Source: Octopus vulgaris (Eukaryota). Taken from it: a stretch of 64,000 nucleotides of DNA. Below, one piece after another: positions 26,801-41,993 of this stretch. Each line of letters starts with the position of its first letter. Position 1 is the first letter of the stretch. The notes beneath the pieces are model-generated. The model worked only from the letters and a program-made list of their open reading frames with translations, was not told the origin of the DNA and did no database searches. The DNA lies in NCBI GenBank assembly GCA_951406725.2, contig OX597823.1, forward strand, positions 24,676,001-24,740,000, written 5' to 3'. Position numbers and translations under genes: made by a program.

Positions 26801-29800
26801 GCTACATGGCAATGAAACATGCCATGTAGCATAACTATGACTACAGATGACATACGAGGGCAAAATAAATGAAGCCAGCATGCTCTGCCACATGTGCAAT
26901 GTCAATGCACATATAGCATATGTCTTAAGAGAAGAACAAGGTTTAAAAGAGATCAGATATAATGTGTAAGAAAGAAGGCTGCGCTACTATGGTCATGTGA
27001 TGCATATGGCTAAGAACAGCTGCATAAAGAAGTACTGATTTCTAATTGTAGAGGAAACTTGTGGAAGAGGAAGACCCAGGAAGTTGTGAAAGTGTGGGAC
27101 AAAGTGGTGAGAAACAATGTTCTGATGTTGAAGAGATGACAAAGGACTGAGACATCTCAACATCCAAGACATCTGAAACATCGAAGATAACAGCAGTTGT
27201 GCATTTAACTGTACACATGAGTTATACTCTGTGTGTGTGTGTGTGCATAAATCAGGATTTATGAAGCATGTATACTGAACACCCTCCTCTATGGATCAGA
27301 GACTTGGACGCTATACACAAGACAAGAGAAGCTCAATGTCTTTCATCTGAGATGCCTATGCAAGTTCCTTGACATCACCTCTTAAGACAAAGTAAGCAAC
27401 ACAGAAGTCTTGAAACAGGCAGCATTTTCAAGCATGACAGCTATTCTGTGCAAAAGGAGACTAAGATGGCTTGAACTTGTGAAGCAGATGGATAACAAGA
27501 GAAAGGGAGGGAGGGAGGGATGTGTGTTTGTGTGTGTAGAAAAGGCAAAAGAAGAGAGGGATTTTTATACATTTTTTTCCAGCTAGCTAACAGATATTTC
27601 CAATAAAGTTGAAGAATCATAGTTCCCTAGTACAATAATCATATTTATAATGAAAAAGGAGATTAAAGAACCTGATAAAATACTTTACAAGAGTTTTCTG
27701 TGAAGTAAAATAAACCTAGCTAACGAAATTGTTCTCTGATGGATGTAACAATCCTGGTAATATATATTTTAACAAATCCTGGCCAGTCTAACTTGTAAAT
27801 CCAAAGTTTAGTCCCTCAGAAAAATTAGTGTGTAAGTATAGAGCATTATAGAAAAGGCATAAAAGCAATGGTAATGGATATGTACATAATTTATTCCAGC
27901 TAGCTTACACGTGTTTCTGATAAGACTGGATTTCAATTCTCTAATATAATAATCACACTTATTAATCACTCCATAATCAAACAATTGAAGAGTGTAGAGA
28001 ACAGACTGATTTCATTTCTTTTCTTCAGAGCTAAACTAACTGGTTGCAAGGGAGGAAATTTTTATCAAGTTATTAGCAGTAGGAACTAAGCCATTTGTCT
28101 TTATGTAATTAGCCAGCTAGAGGGAAGTAGGGAGGCTTACACTGGAAAAAGCATTAACGTTCTTCATATCTAACCAAGAAAGAATTGAAATACCAATTAC
28201 TATCAAATGCTTACTATCAAACTTTCACCCTCCTCCTGACATATATTGACCATTGATATTAATTTCTATTATCACTTCCAGTTATTACAAAAGTTAACTG
28301 CGGACCTCCAAAAGACATTGTTGGTACAAAGAAATCCTACACTAACACCACCTATAAATCTGAAGTGACCTACACATGTCCAGGAGGACAACAGTTGAAG
28401 TCAAAATGTAAAAATGACAATAAATGGACTCCAGTTGCATCCAGTTGCAAAGGTAATGTAAATAGGTTCTCTTCTGTTGTCTCTGTCTAGGTATTTTTGT
28501 TTAATTTTTTTTATTAAATATCTTTGTCAGATGAAGAATAACTGAATCCATGACAATTTCCATGGTATCTGTGGCTGGTTGAAGGGAGAGAGAAAACTAT
28601 TCTCAGAGAAGATAATGTCCTAACCTAAATCCATGCAACAGAGTGAACTTAATTAAAGCTACCCAAGATTCAGTTAATGGTATTAATTGTATTAATTTGG
28701 GTAATGGATTAAATCTGCCAAACAAGAGCAGCAAGTGAGGAAGTGTGTTGTCTCCAGCAGGCTTCTGCATAGTTTCCATCCACCAAATTTCATTCAGAAT
28801 ACTTAGTCTAGAAGCTGATTTTTAATCATGCAGTCATAAGCTATAAGTTCAGACAATACCACATTCTTGTTAAGTAAACCTCAGCTAACCTAGCAAATTT
28901 TTCTCTAAAATTCTAACTTCAGCTCTCTCACTCATACTTTGTTTCATCCTCTGAAACCCTGTGCAATACAATGCACTGAGTGTTTCTTTACAAGAATTCA
29001 GCAATCATCCAAAACTTCTGGTGCTCTAATGGTCTTTCATTCCACCATCCTAAATTACACTGAGACAAATAGTAATGGTTTCTGGTTTGGAAAAAAAAAT
29101 CAAACACATTTCAATAGAAAGGGTTTAGTCAATATCATGACCGTCAATACTTGATTGATATTTTATGTTATTGATCACCTACAAGAATAAAAGATAAAGT
29201 TAATATTGGCTGGATTTGAACTGAAAACATGAATAGATACCATAAATCATTTCTTTCAGTTTTCTATTTCATATTCATGTATACATTTAAAATAAAGATG
29301 AGAATGATGATGCAATTCTCTTGAATGTTGAAGGATCTTTATCTAAAACTAATTGGTGAACCCCTCCATCAAAGATCACCATGAATTCCAAGGACAAGTG
29401 TGCTCTCTAATTAATATTCTTTGAGATACAGCTTTATGCACTATGGAACCCATCCACTTTCATGTCACTTTCAGAATTTTCCCTACAGGAGAATATCTTC
29501 ATCCTCATCTTCTTTACAAGTGAAACTTTAAAAATATAGATTGGAGATTGACCAAAGGGAAGTCCCAATTGCCAGATCTTTCAACCCATCCATCACGCAA
29601 CCGCTTTTGTTATAACTAGCAGACAGAGGAAAAGGAACTTTTCTGCTCAGTTAAAGGAGGCTGTGGGGCAATCATAATGATGGGCTAGAATTGCAACCAT
29701 ATCATCTGTTGTGCACACAATAGCAGCAGTTTGACATAAAACTACCTGTGACAAATGCCTGGACATGAAATGAGTGCATGGAACAGCTCTCGTGGATAGC

Positions 29801-32800
29801 AGTTTCTGATGGCACATCCATGACTGTAGGTTTATCTTGTACCATTTCCAGGGACTTCAGGTAGTTGTCCATAGTATTATCTAACCAAAACAGTCGTTGA
29901 AACAATCTTACCAATTCATTCTCATCAGTGCCTAGAGTACCTTTGAGAATATTGGTACTCTTTCCCTTCCACTAATCTTCTATAGATTACTAGAATGTAA
30001 TACCTATTGACTGTATTGCTCAAGTCAGATTTGATCTGGTATACTTTGGATTACAATAATCTGACCTTCCCTCTTTTTAAGATTGTAGAATGTGATTGAG
30101 AGAGATTTAGTTAATATACCTAACATGTACATTCAATAGGAAGCTTCTACTGTGGTAGTCGACAGTAAATGTTGAACTTTTGACAGATCTTACACAGTTT
30201 ATCCTTTTGTACAATTTGATATCTGGTTCAACACAGCCACATGACCCTTTAGATGGTCATAGCAAGTGTAGTCGAGAATACATAGTCAATGATAAAGTAT
30301 TTATTACAGATGGAAAACTTTCACTTTGAGCCACAGATGCTCGGGCTGGGCATAGAGTACTTTAAGTTTAGGAGGGAGGGTGACCAGAGCATTTCATGAC
30401 CTCACTGTTTGTGCTATAACTAGCCTATTATTAAAAGATATAAGTACTACCTCATTGTAATCAATTATGTATTCATTGTTTAGGAACATGGCAAAATATA
30501 ATTAAAGAAAGCAATAAGTTTATGTGATATTCATCTCTTTCTCAAGGATGGTAACTTACTATGTAAAGTGAACTGACTTAGAATGAGAATCAAGCTCAGA
30601 TCATTGGCTCAAAACACTCCGTAAATATTTATAATAAAAGAACAACTTGGGAAAAATACTCGTGGTCACTTCCTGCATGGAAAACAAATAGTAAAGTGAC
30701 TACTTATTGCAGCAAAATATGATGAATTAAAACTTCACTGCCACCGGGTGGCAACATTTTTATGTTAATGACTTATTCTGGTCATAAAATTCAGAAGAGA
30801 GAACCCTGTGAAGATAATCACTTTTCTCTTTCATCTCATTTATAAGTATAATTTTGATAAATTCATGTTTCTTTGCTATATTAAGTTGTGAGTATCTACA
30901 TTTGCTGCAGATATATATTTATTCATTAGATTAGGATGAAAGTAAAATTTTTTTTATCCCAGTCAAAATATTTCAAAATCAGTAAAGTCTTGCCATGATT
31001 AGCTGATTTAGCTATATGCTTTTATATTCTGGGTTCAAATATCATCTGGATGTACTTTACCTTTCATACTTCTGAAGTTGATAAAACAAGCATTAATCAA
31101 GTACCAAGATAGATTTCTTCATATGTATCCTTGCTGCAGGATTTGTGGTTTTGTGTTTAAGTTTGGAAACTATTATCATAAACATTGGTAATATCAACAA
31201 TAATTATAATTATTCTTGTTAATGATGTATGGAAAGAATCAGACAAACTATGCTGGGTATTTATTCTGGATGTATAACTTCTGAGTTCAAATCCTGCTTA
31301 TGTAGGTCTGCCTTTCCAGGACCCATAAAATAAAATACCAGTCAAGTGTAAGGGCCAATTTAATCAATGAGCTCCTACCTCAAACTTTTCTCCATCTTTC
31401 TTCATTAGAAATTATTGATGTTGTTTTTGTTGTTTCTCTCAATCTTACTTTAATTCCAGTTTCTAAGATTAATTTTGTGAAAGTAGAAGGTACAATTCTT
31501 GATGTATCTGGAAAAACATTATGGAGTAAGAAAAATGTAACTGCAGATGCTTGTGCAGAAAAATGTTTGTCTAATGAAAATTGTTTATCATTTGAAATAA
31601 CAAAAAAAAGTAGAAAATGTTACTTATCAAAGAAAACTGCAGCTTCCACCAAGAACATAAAAGCAGCCAAAAGCAAAGATTACTACCAACGAATAAATCG
31701 TAATTATTCTTTGTTTCTATTTTCCAGTTTTTCTGAAATTTGTGATTACATTTCTATGTCATAATACAGCCTTTTCCAATAAAATATCCACTTATATATA
31801 CTTCATAACATATATATAGAATTGTTTCTCTAAAGACATTGACAATTCTAACTATAACCACAGACATAAACATGTTCCTGATAAAAGCAATTTTATGAAC
31901 TGGAAATATTGTTAGGGCATTCTTGAGAGGAAATCAGCTACTTTGCCTTCATGAGGCCCAATGTTCAAAGGTTGATTCTTTACGTGCCACTAGCTCAGGT
32001 GCACTTGGCTTGTCAGGTTCTCTCAAACACAGCACATTGCCAAAGGTCTTAGTCATCAGTTATTGCCTCTGTGAGGCTCAAAGTTCGATGATCAGCACTT
32101 CTTTACACAGCTGTCCTCGTCCATACACATCACATGATCATACTAGTGCAGTCATCTCTCTTGCACACATAACTGTGTCTCGCTATTACTATTTCTTGCA
32201 ACTATCTTTGGAAATCTACCATGCAAATCCTTCTCTTGCTAGTCAGATAATCTTACTACTTTTTCTTGGTTTTTAGCTTCATTTGGTTTTTTGGTTTCCG
32301 AAGCTCCCACTGTGACTCTAACAGCTCTTAATAAACTTTCTTCTCTATTACTTATGTCGGAGCTCTATCTACTCTAGCTAACTCCATGCAGTCCTCCACT
32401 GATATTAAACCCCTTCTCCCTTTCACCTTCCTTTCTAGATAAGTATAATGTTGCTGTTCCTGCTCCTGGGTAATGTCCTCCATTCATATTGAATTCCTCT
32501 CTAGTTCTTCTGTCTCGATTTGCTAATTCAAACTTTGTCCAATCTACAAAATCTGCTGAATATCTAAGTAACTATACTGCCCAAGTATTTACAGCCTTCA
32601 CTAAATTTAGGCCATTTAGTTTTGACTTCATTAACTTTGTCACCTTTCTGATGTATTCCTTCTCAATTTTCATTTTCATTTCTATAGTTAGTTCTCTGTC
32701 AGATTCTAATACTCCTAGGTACTTGTAACTCTCTCCTTTTTTCAACGAATTTAATATCTGGCCATTTGATGATAGGATGCCTTCACTGCTGACTACCTGT

Positions 32801-35096
32801 TTATTTTTTATGACTGATATTGTGCACTTATCTATGCCAAATACCATACCTATATGTTTGCTGAAGAGTCTTACAGTTCGTATTAAGGAATCTATTTCTA
32901 TTTTTACTAAAAAGCTTCAGTTCATCCATGTAGAGAAAATAGTTAATTTTTCCTTTACTGTCTCTAAACTGATTCCTTGCCTTTGCCTTCCTTAATACTA
33001 AACTGAGGGTGATTAAACATGACACAAATATTAAAGGGATTAATGAGTCTCCTTGGAAAATTCCTCTCTTACAATTAACTTTCCTTAAGGCTGTGTCCTC
33101 TGAGTAGACAACTACTTTCCATTTTTTATGCTATGCTAATTAGCTCTCACTTATGTTGTTTGCAATACTGAATATGCTCAAATATTCACTCATCCATGAG
33201 TGTGGAATTACATCATAGGCTTTGTTATGATATAGCCATGCTATTGATAAATTTTTCTTTTTAGATTTCACTTCTTTTAGAACTGTTTCAGCTGTGTATA
33301 GTAGATCATAGGATCCTCTAGCTTTCTTCCTGCAACATTTCTGTTCCCTTGGCAGTAAATTCTGGCTGTCAAGCTGCTCATAAATCCTTTCTGAAGGCAT
33401 TCCTGTGAACAGCTTCTGCTTTAATGGTAAGCAAGGGATTGATCTATAATTACTAGCTATATTGCCTTTGCTTTTGCCTTGAAGTACTTTACTCTCATCC
33501 AGTCTGGTATTACTCCTCCATTCAGGCAATCCTGAAGTTGTTTCCTCAGTCTGTTATGTAAGCTACTAAATTTCTTTAATCAGTTCCCCTGAACTAAATC
33601 TGGTCTTGGTCCCTTCCAATTTAGCATTCTTCCTAACACTTTACTCATTAATGCACTAGTTAGTCTTAGATCTGGTTGCTTCAAACTAACTACTTCTTCC
33701 CTTGCTTTTTTTAACCATGCTGGAATTATCAGTATGCTGGACAAAATGCTCAGTGACATTTCATCTATCTGAGTTCAAATTCTGCTGAGGCTGATTTTAC
33801 TGTTCATCCTTTTGGGGTAGATGAAATAAGTATCAGTTCAGTGCTGTAATCAATGTAAATGAACTATGACACACTCACACCAAAATTTCAGGTCTTGTGC
33901 CTTTACTATAAAGAATTATTATTATTACTATTACTATTATGTACTATGTTTAAACATTAGTTAATTATATAGAAATACTATGTAATCAGAATTTTAAATA
34001 AAACATTACAAAGCCATCATCATCATCATCACTTAATGTCTGTTGTTCGTGTTGGCATGGGTTGAACAGTTTGACTCCAGTCTGATTTGGCATAGTTTCT
34101 GTGGCTGGATGCCTTTGCTAATGCTGTCCACTCATTCACTATATTTGTTATACAGACAATTTATTATCAAAAGCACAGTCCATTCACAAAAATATTTTTC
34201 AAGTTGTACATGAATAATATGTACAACTTAAACAATGTAGTGAGCTTTCAAGTATGTCCCATGATATAATAGAATTCATATGAATTTTGAGATGAGTAAT
34301 TATGCAGAAATATATTTTTGTGGATGGACTGTGCCTTTGATAAATTGTCTGTATAATATGATGTCCATCTATCTTCTGCTGGTGTACTTTTCTTTAAGAT
34401 TAAATGGCAACACTTGACACATTGGTTGGCAGTCTATTGAACAGCATTTAGACCCTACAAAAGCACCCCATTAGAATAGGAATATACAAATGGATTATAT
34501 GCAACTTAAAGATTGAAAGAAGATTTCAAATGAGTCTTAAGATTTTCTACACTTACATGAATTCTGAGTTGTCATTTTGTGGATCAATTATTTGTTTATA
34601 ATACATTATCCACTTAAAACAAATTATGCACCAGATGTTGTTGAATATTTTATTTTTATTTGAGTATAAAATGCATTTCTTGTTTTCTTTTTTCTCTTTT
34701 TCCAGCTGAAGATGTTCATTTTACACTTAAAAGAACTGTCTTACCACATCAAAGTACATTTGAACGGATAAAAGATTCGAGTTTAAAGCAGTGCAATCAT
34801 GCTTGTCTTCAAACCCCAGGATGTACCTCTTATGAGTATAATGAAAAAAAAAACTTCTGTGATCGAAGTAACGTAACTCACTTGACTCATGACCTTAGAC
34901 CCGACAAAGGTGGATGGGATATTTATATCATTAACCCAGGTCAGTAGATGTTTTTTCATTTCATTTATTGTGTATCTATATGCATGTATGTGCATGTTCT
35001 TATGTATTCACATGTACATACGTGTGTGTGTACTATATATATATATACACACATACATATAGGTATATATGTCTATATATATATATCTCTGTTTGT

Positions 35097-35164
<68 letters not shown>

Positions 35165-35506
35165 CATTCAGTAGTTCATATATATAGTGTGTATGTAATT
35201 GTGTGTGTAAATGTGTATGAATCATTCAGTAGTACATATATCCAAAATAAAGGCACACTCTAAAAATTAGAGTTGTAATATTTAGAAGATAGTTTGTTAT
35301 GGTTGGTCAGAGAATGACAATTGGTTTTGCCCCTATAAAGTGCTTAGCTGTATATGCAACTTGTCAGACACAAATAGCCTGAAGCACATAACCTCTCTAC
35401 ATCTCGAGGGAGGAAAAAATATCATGCTCATTTGATTTATAAACAAAAAGATTCTGGAATGAAGCTCTACTGGCAAAACCTTGCACAGCATACCACAAGG
35501 TTTTTA

Positions 35507-35544
<38 letters not shown>

Positions 35545-38270
35545 AGGCACATTGAAATGTAGGTCTAACAAGATTGTAGAGATGCTTGAACGGAGGTGTG
35601 TTGATGTATGTTGCATCCAAAAGGTAAGGTGGAGAGGAGCTTCAGCCAGGTTCCTCACAGGTAAGACACATAGGTATAAAATCTTCTGGTAAGGTAACGG
35701 TGATGGAGTAGGTGGTGTGGGCATACTTCTTGCAGAGAAATGGGTGGATGAGGTCATAGAGATAGTCAAAGTGTGCGATAGAGTGCTTAAGCTCAGGCCA
35801 GTCTTGCAGAATAGTATAGCTACAATTATATCTACCTATGACTCACAAGCCAGCCAACCAAATGAACAGAAGTACTACTTTTATGATATTCTTTTGCAGG
35901 CTACCTCAAAGTCGAGTGACAATGATCACATTTTTGTGGCTGGGAATTTTGATAGGCACGTCGAACAGCAGCCTGGTATCTTCCATGGTGTTCATGGGGG
36001 ACATGGAATTGGTTTCCAAAAGAAAGAGAGTACAAAGCTACTGAAGTTCTGTAATGCAAATGACCTACTGATCTGCAACACCAACTTAAGGAAGCCAACC
36101 AGCCACCTGATAACCTATCAATCAGGTGACTCTGCTAGCCAGATCGATTTTATTCTCACCAGACAGCAGGATGCACGGTTGCTCTTAAATACAAAGACCC
36201 TCCCTACTGAAGAATGTACCTTCCAGCATAAACTAGTCATTAGCGACTTTAGATTCCAGACCAGAAGGATGCCAAGAAGCACACCAATCTGGAAAAGAAA
36301 GATTTGGAAGCTTAAGGGCCCTTCATATGCTCAGAGATTTAGGGACATCCTAATTGAGAAATTTGATGAGAGGGAGGAGGAGCTACAAACTTGAGACACA
36401 GAGGGCAACTAGGAATTCATGCAAGACCACTTGCTGAGTGCTACAGACCAAATCTGTGACTGGTGCAAAGTCCCTTCCAGACCTAGGGTAACATAGTGGT
36501 AGAACAATACTGTAGATAGGGCCATTAGAGCAAAGAAACAGGCCTGGAAGAGTGAGGGAAGCAGGTAACTGTATCAGATAGCCAGAAGGGAAACTAGGAG
36601 ACAGGTATATCTAGCCTGGAGAGAAGCAGAAAAGAAGTTTGCCTATGTTCAGTGTCATGAGGACCAAAGAACTGAATTATTTCAGATTGCAAGACAGTAT
36701 GTGAGAGAAGATTGTGATGTCATAGGAGAGAAATGTGTCTGCATGGATGAGGGTGCTCTTGCTTTTAATGATTCTGCAAAGAAAGAGGCTTTGACATTTC
36801 ATTATGAAAGACTACTGAACGTGGAAAATGAATGGGAGGAGGAGAGTTTGCCAGACTTTGACCCAGATGAGGAACCAGCTACCCAAATCAACAGAGAAAG
36901 CCTCTAGCCCATCGGGAATCATTGCTGAGATACTTGAAATATCTGGCAGTGTGGGTTATGGTCTAGTCACCCATATTGTTAATTAAGTGGTTCATGAAGG
37001 TGTCATACCCAATGACTAGTGTAGCAGCACCATAGCCAACTGCTACAAAGGTAAATGAGATGCCTTAGATAGAAATAATTACAGAGGTATCAAATTGTTG
37101 TTTCAGGGGATGAAAATTATGGAGAGAGTCGTAGCTCAACTAATTAGAGAGAGAGTTAGTCTAGATGAGATGCAGTTTGGTTTTGTGCCAGGAAGAAGCA
37201 CCACTGATGCTATATTTCTGGTAAGGCAACTACAGGAGAAATACCTAACCAAAGATAAACCTCTGTACTGGCTTTTGCTGATTTGGAGAAAGCTTTTGAC
37301 AGCATTCCTCGATCCCTTATCTGATGGTCAATGCAGAAACTAAGGATAGATGAGTGGTTGGTGAGAACTGTACAGGGACACTACCAGTAAGGTGAGGGGG
37401 AGTAACGGGTGCAGTGAAGAGTTCAGGGTACAAGGAGGGGTTCACCAAGGATCAGTACACAGCCCCCTCTTGTTCATCATAGTCCTTTAGGCAATAACAG
37501 AGTAATTCAAGACAGGCTGCCCCTGGGAACTCTTCTATACTGATGACCTTGCTCTTATAGCTGAACTAGAGAAGTTCCAGGCATCGAAGCAAGGTCTAGA
37601 ATCAAAGGACCTTAGAGTTAACCTAGCAAAAACCAAAGTTGTAGTAAGTAGGAAGGCAGATAAACCACAAATCCCTTCAGGTAGATAGGCCTGCTCAATC
37701 TGTAGAAAAGGTGTAGGTAGAAACTCCATAAGATGCACCCAGTGTAAGTTTTGGATGCAAGAAATCTTGAAATAAACTGAATAATGACATTACATGTGTG
37801 TGTGTATAATAGGTATTGGGATGCAAACACTATAAGTGCTAACACAAAACTCTCAGATCTTGAGCCACTCTGTTGCTTCTGCTAAATATATATATATTAT
37901 GTGTACACAAACATACACACACATATTAGTCAGAGCATGTCTGTGTTACTAAGAAGTTTGCAACCCAACAACATAGTTTTAGCTTTATTGTTATACTGTG
38001 CAGCATCAGTAAACAATGCCCTCCAGAGAACTTGCTACAAAGGCAAAATCGCATATATAGAATTCACACCAAAAACACAATATTGCGACAAACACAACAC
38101 CAAAGAAACATAACTTAGTTCATATTTCCATACAAATAAATGTACCTATCCCTAAAGGGAAAATCTTTATCCTGCTTAGAAAGCACTTTCTCCCAAATTT
38201 CAAATATTATACAATCTTCACGAAAGACTTCAAAATGAAGAAACCACTGCTTGAGGTGTATGTATATATG

Positions 38271-38304
<34 letters not shown>

Positions 38305-38308
38305 TGTA

Positions 38309-38346
<38 letters not shown>

Positions 38347-41300
38347 TGCATATGTATGCCTGAATATGAACCTGTTGTTACGTAAATGTCTCTCTCTTTC
38401 TCTTTCTATGTAAGTCTCATCATCATTTAATATGCATTGTCCATTCTGGCAAGGGCTGAACAGTGCAACCAGAGCTGGCAAACTGGAAACTGCACCAAAC
38501 CACAATCTGATTTGGCATGATTTCTATGGCTGGATGCCCTTCCTAACACTAATCACTTTACAGAGTGTGTTGGACACTTTTATGTGTCCCCAGACGGATG
38601 TTTTTATGTGACATTGCACAGGTGCTTTTAAGTGATGCCACACTGGCGCTTTGATATGATGCTGCATGGGTGGTTTTACATGGCATCACACAGGTGATTT
38701 TATGTGGAACCACCACAAGTGCTTTAAACTACCAGAAGGATCAGTCTTGACAATTCTGCTGTGGAGTATGGCAAGGTACCAGGTATCTCACTCCTTTGTC
38801 AACTCATCTGAAAGGTTCACCAGCCTGAGGTCATTCTTTAGTACTTCATCCCATATCTTCCTGTGTCTCCCACTTCCACATGTTCCATCTACTTTGAGAG
38901 ATTGGCACCTCTGTATGGAGCTGTCGGCATCCATCTGCATCACGTGACCAAACCAGCAGTCTTCTCTGTTGCACACAGCAACCAATTCCTCTTATGCCTA
39001 ACCTGTCTCTCAGGACCATAGCACTCTGTCAAACATGTACACTTACCTTATATATATATCCGAGTTAACAGTTCCTTAGTAGTTAAGGCAATTACAAGCA
39101 TGAAAACAGGGAAAGCCCCAGGCCCATCAGGAATTACTGCAGAGATGCTCAAAATATCTGGTAGTGTCGGCTATGGCATAGTCACCTGTATAGTTAACCA
39201 GGTGATACACGAAGGAGTCATACCCAATGACTGGTGTAGCAGCATAATAGTCAACTGCTACAAAGGTAAAGGTGACGCCCTAGATACAAATAACTACAGG
39301 GGCATCAAGCTGCTGGATCAGGTAATGAAGGTTAAGGAGAGGGTTATAGCCCAATTAATTAGAGAGAGAGTTAGCTTAGATGAGATGCAGTTTGGGTTCG
39401 TGCCAGGGAAAAGTACTACTGATGCTATATTCCTGGTAAGACAGCTGCAGGAGAAATACCTAGCCAAAGAAAAGCCCCTGTACCTGGCTTTTGTTGACAT
39501 GGAGAAAGCCTTTGACAGGGTCCCCCGATCCCTTATCTGGTGGTCAATGAGGAAACTAGGGATAGATGAATGGTTAGTGAGAGCTGTGCAAGCCATGTAC
39601 AGGAATGCCGTCAGTAAGGTGAGGGCTGGCAACGAGTACAGTGAAGAATTCAGGGTAGAGGTAGGGGTCCACCAAGGTTCAGTCCTCAGCCCTCTCCTAT
39701 TTATCATAGTCCTCCAGGCAATAACAGAGGAATTCAAGACAGGATGCCCCTGGAAGCTCCTCTATGCTGATGACCTTGCTCTAATTGCTGAGTCACTATC
39801 AGAACTGGAGGAGAAGTTTCAGGTGTGGAAACAACGATTAGAATCGAAGGGCCTTAGAATCAACCTAGCCAAAACCAAAGTCCTAATAAGTAGGAAGGTG
39901 GACCAATCACAAACGACTTCAGGTAGATGGCCCTGCTCAATCTGTAAAAAAGGTGTAGGTAGAAACTCTATAAGATGCACCAAGTGGAAGCTATGGACAC
40001 ATAAGAGGTGCAGCAATGTCAAAGGAAGGCTAACTAGGAAAATAGTTTTTGTCTGTGGCAGATGCTCACAAGCAATAAACACTGGAAATGTGCAGAGACC
40101 AACTTCTACCACGTTCCAGGGAGACAAACTAGAAGTAGTTGATAGCTTCCGCTACCTAGGTGACCAAGTCAGTAGCGGGGGTGGGTGTGCTGAAAGTGTA
40201 ACTGCTAGAGTAAGAATAGCCTGGGCAAAGTTTAGAGAGCTCTTACCCCTGCTGGTGACAAAAGGCCTCTCGCTCAGAGTAAAAGGCAGACTGTATGATG
40301 CATGTATACATACAGCCATGCTACATGGTAGTGAAACATGGGCCGTGACTGCTGAGGATATGTGTAAGCTCGCAAGAAATGAAGCCAGTATGCTCCGATG
40401 GATGTGTAATGTCAGTGTTCATAATCGACAGAGTGTAAGTACCTTGAGAGAAAAGTTGGACCTAAGAAGCATCAGTTGTGGTGTGCAAGAGAGACGTCTG
40501 CGCTGGTATGGTCATGTGACGAGAATGGCTGAAGATAGTTGTGTACAAAAGTGCTACACCCTAGCAGTTGAGGGAACCTGTGGAAGAGGTAGACCCAGGA
40601 AAACCTGGGACGAGGTGGTGAAGCACGACCTTCGAACTTTAGGTCTCACCAAGCAAATATAACTAGAGACCGAGACCTATGGAAGTATGCTGTACGTGAG
40701 AAGACCCGGCAAGACTAATGAGGCCATAACCCGTGGCCTCTACCTGGTATATAGCCACTCGACTTATACATACCTTTCCTTCTTGGGACACAAAACTCCA
40801 CTTGTGAAGACCCGTTGAGGCAAGTGAAAATCAAAAAATCAAAATCAAAATCAAATCAGATATCAGAAAGCAGAACCAAAATCGAAGTCGATCAACATCA
40901 ATGGAAATTGCGGCTGTGATACCAGTGCCGGTGACAAGTAAGCGAACCATCCGATTGTGGCCGTTGCCAGTGCCTCCCCGACTGGACTCCGTGCCTTCAT
41001 GTCCGTTGCCAGCCTCACCTGGCCCCCGTGCCGGTGGCACATAAAAGCACCACCCGTTCGTGGCCGTTGCCAGCCTCGCCTGACCTCCGTGCCGGTGGCA
41101 CGTAAAAAGCTCCATCCGTTCGTGGCCGTTGCCAGTGCCGCCCCGACTGGCCTCCATGCCGGTGGCACATAAAAGCACCATCCGTTCGTGTCTGTTGCCA
41201 GCCTCGCCTGGCCCCCGTGCCGATGGCACGTAAAAGCACCATCCGTTCGTGGCCGTTTGCCAGCACCGTCTGGCACCTGTGCGGGTGGCACGTAAAAAGC

Positions 41301-41449
41301 ACCCACTACACTCGCGGAGTGGTTGGCGTTAGGAAGGGCATCCAGCCATAGAAACACTGCCAGATCAGACTGGGCCTGATGCAGCCTTCAGGCTTCACAG
41401 ACCCTAGTTGAACCGTCCAACCCATGCTAACATGGAAAACGGACGCTAA

Positions 41450-41484
<35 letters not shown>

Positions 41485-41871
41485 ATATATACATATACTA
41501 TATATATATATATCATATATCAATATCTATAAATCTGAAATGCGAAAAGTTTGTTTGTCTGATTTTGGCATTGGAACGGGTTAAAGGGCACTAGATCCCG
41601 TTAGATTCGCTCCAAAATTGACAGGGACATGTAAAATGAATTGAGGATGTTAGTGTGCTAGGTTAGAAATCCCTATCTTAAAAGGTGTTGTTACTAGGGC
41701 AAAAAACGCACACCGCCTTCGCCAGCGCTGTCACTCTTTCTTCCACTGCCTCCCTCCCCACTTCTCTCTCTCTCTACGTCTGTCTGCATTCATAGAGAGT
41801 TTTATTATCGCCACCACCGACACACAATCATGAGAACAAATATTATGAATCAGATATTTATTGGGTTAATC

Positions 41872-41902
<31 letters not shown>

Positions 41903-41950
41903 TCTATATATAAATATGTATATATAGTGTATATATACAAAGTGTATATA

Positions 41951-41993
<43 letters not shown>

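Noticed and set aside
40958-41302. Regular GC-rich palindromic repeats resembling a CRISPR array
   Set aside because: No unique spacers (whole units repeat), no cas genes, eukaryotic context, and located in a LINE 3' UTR.
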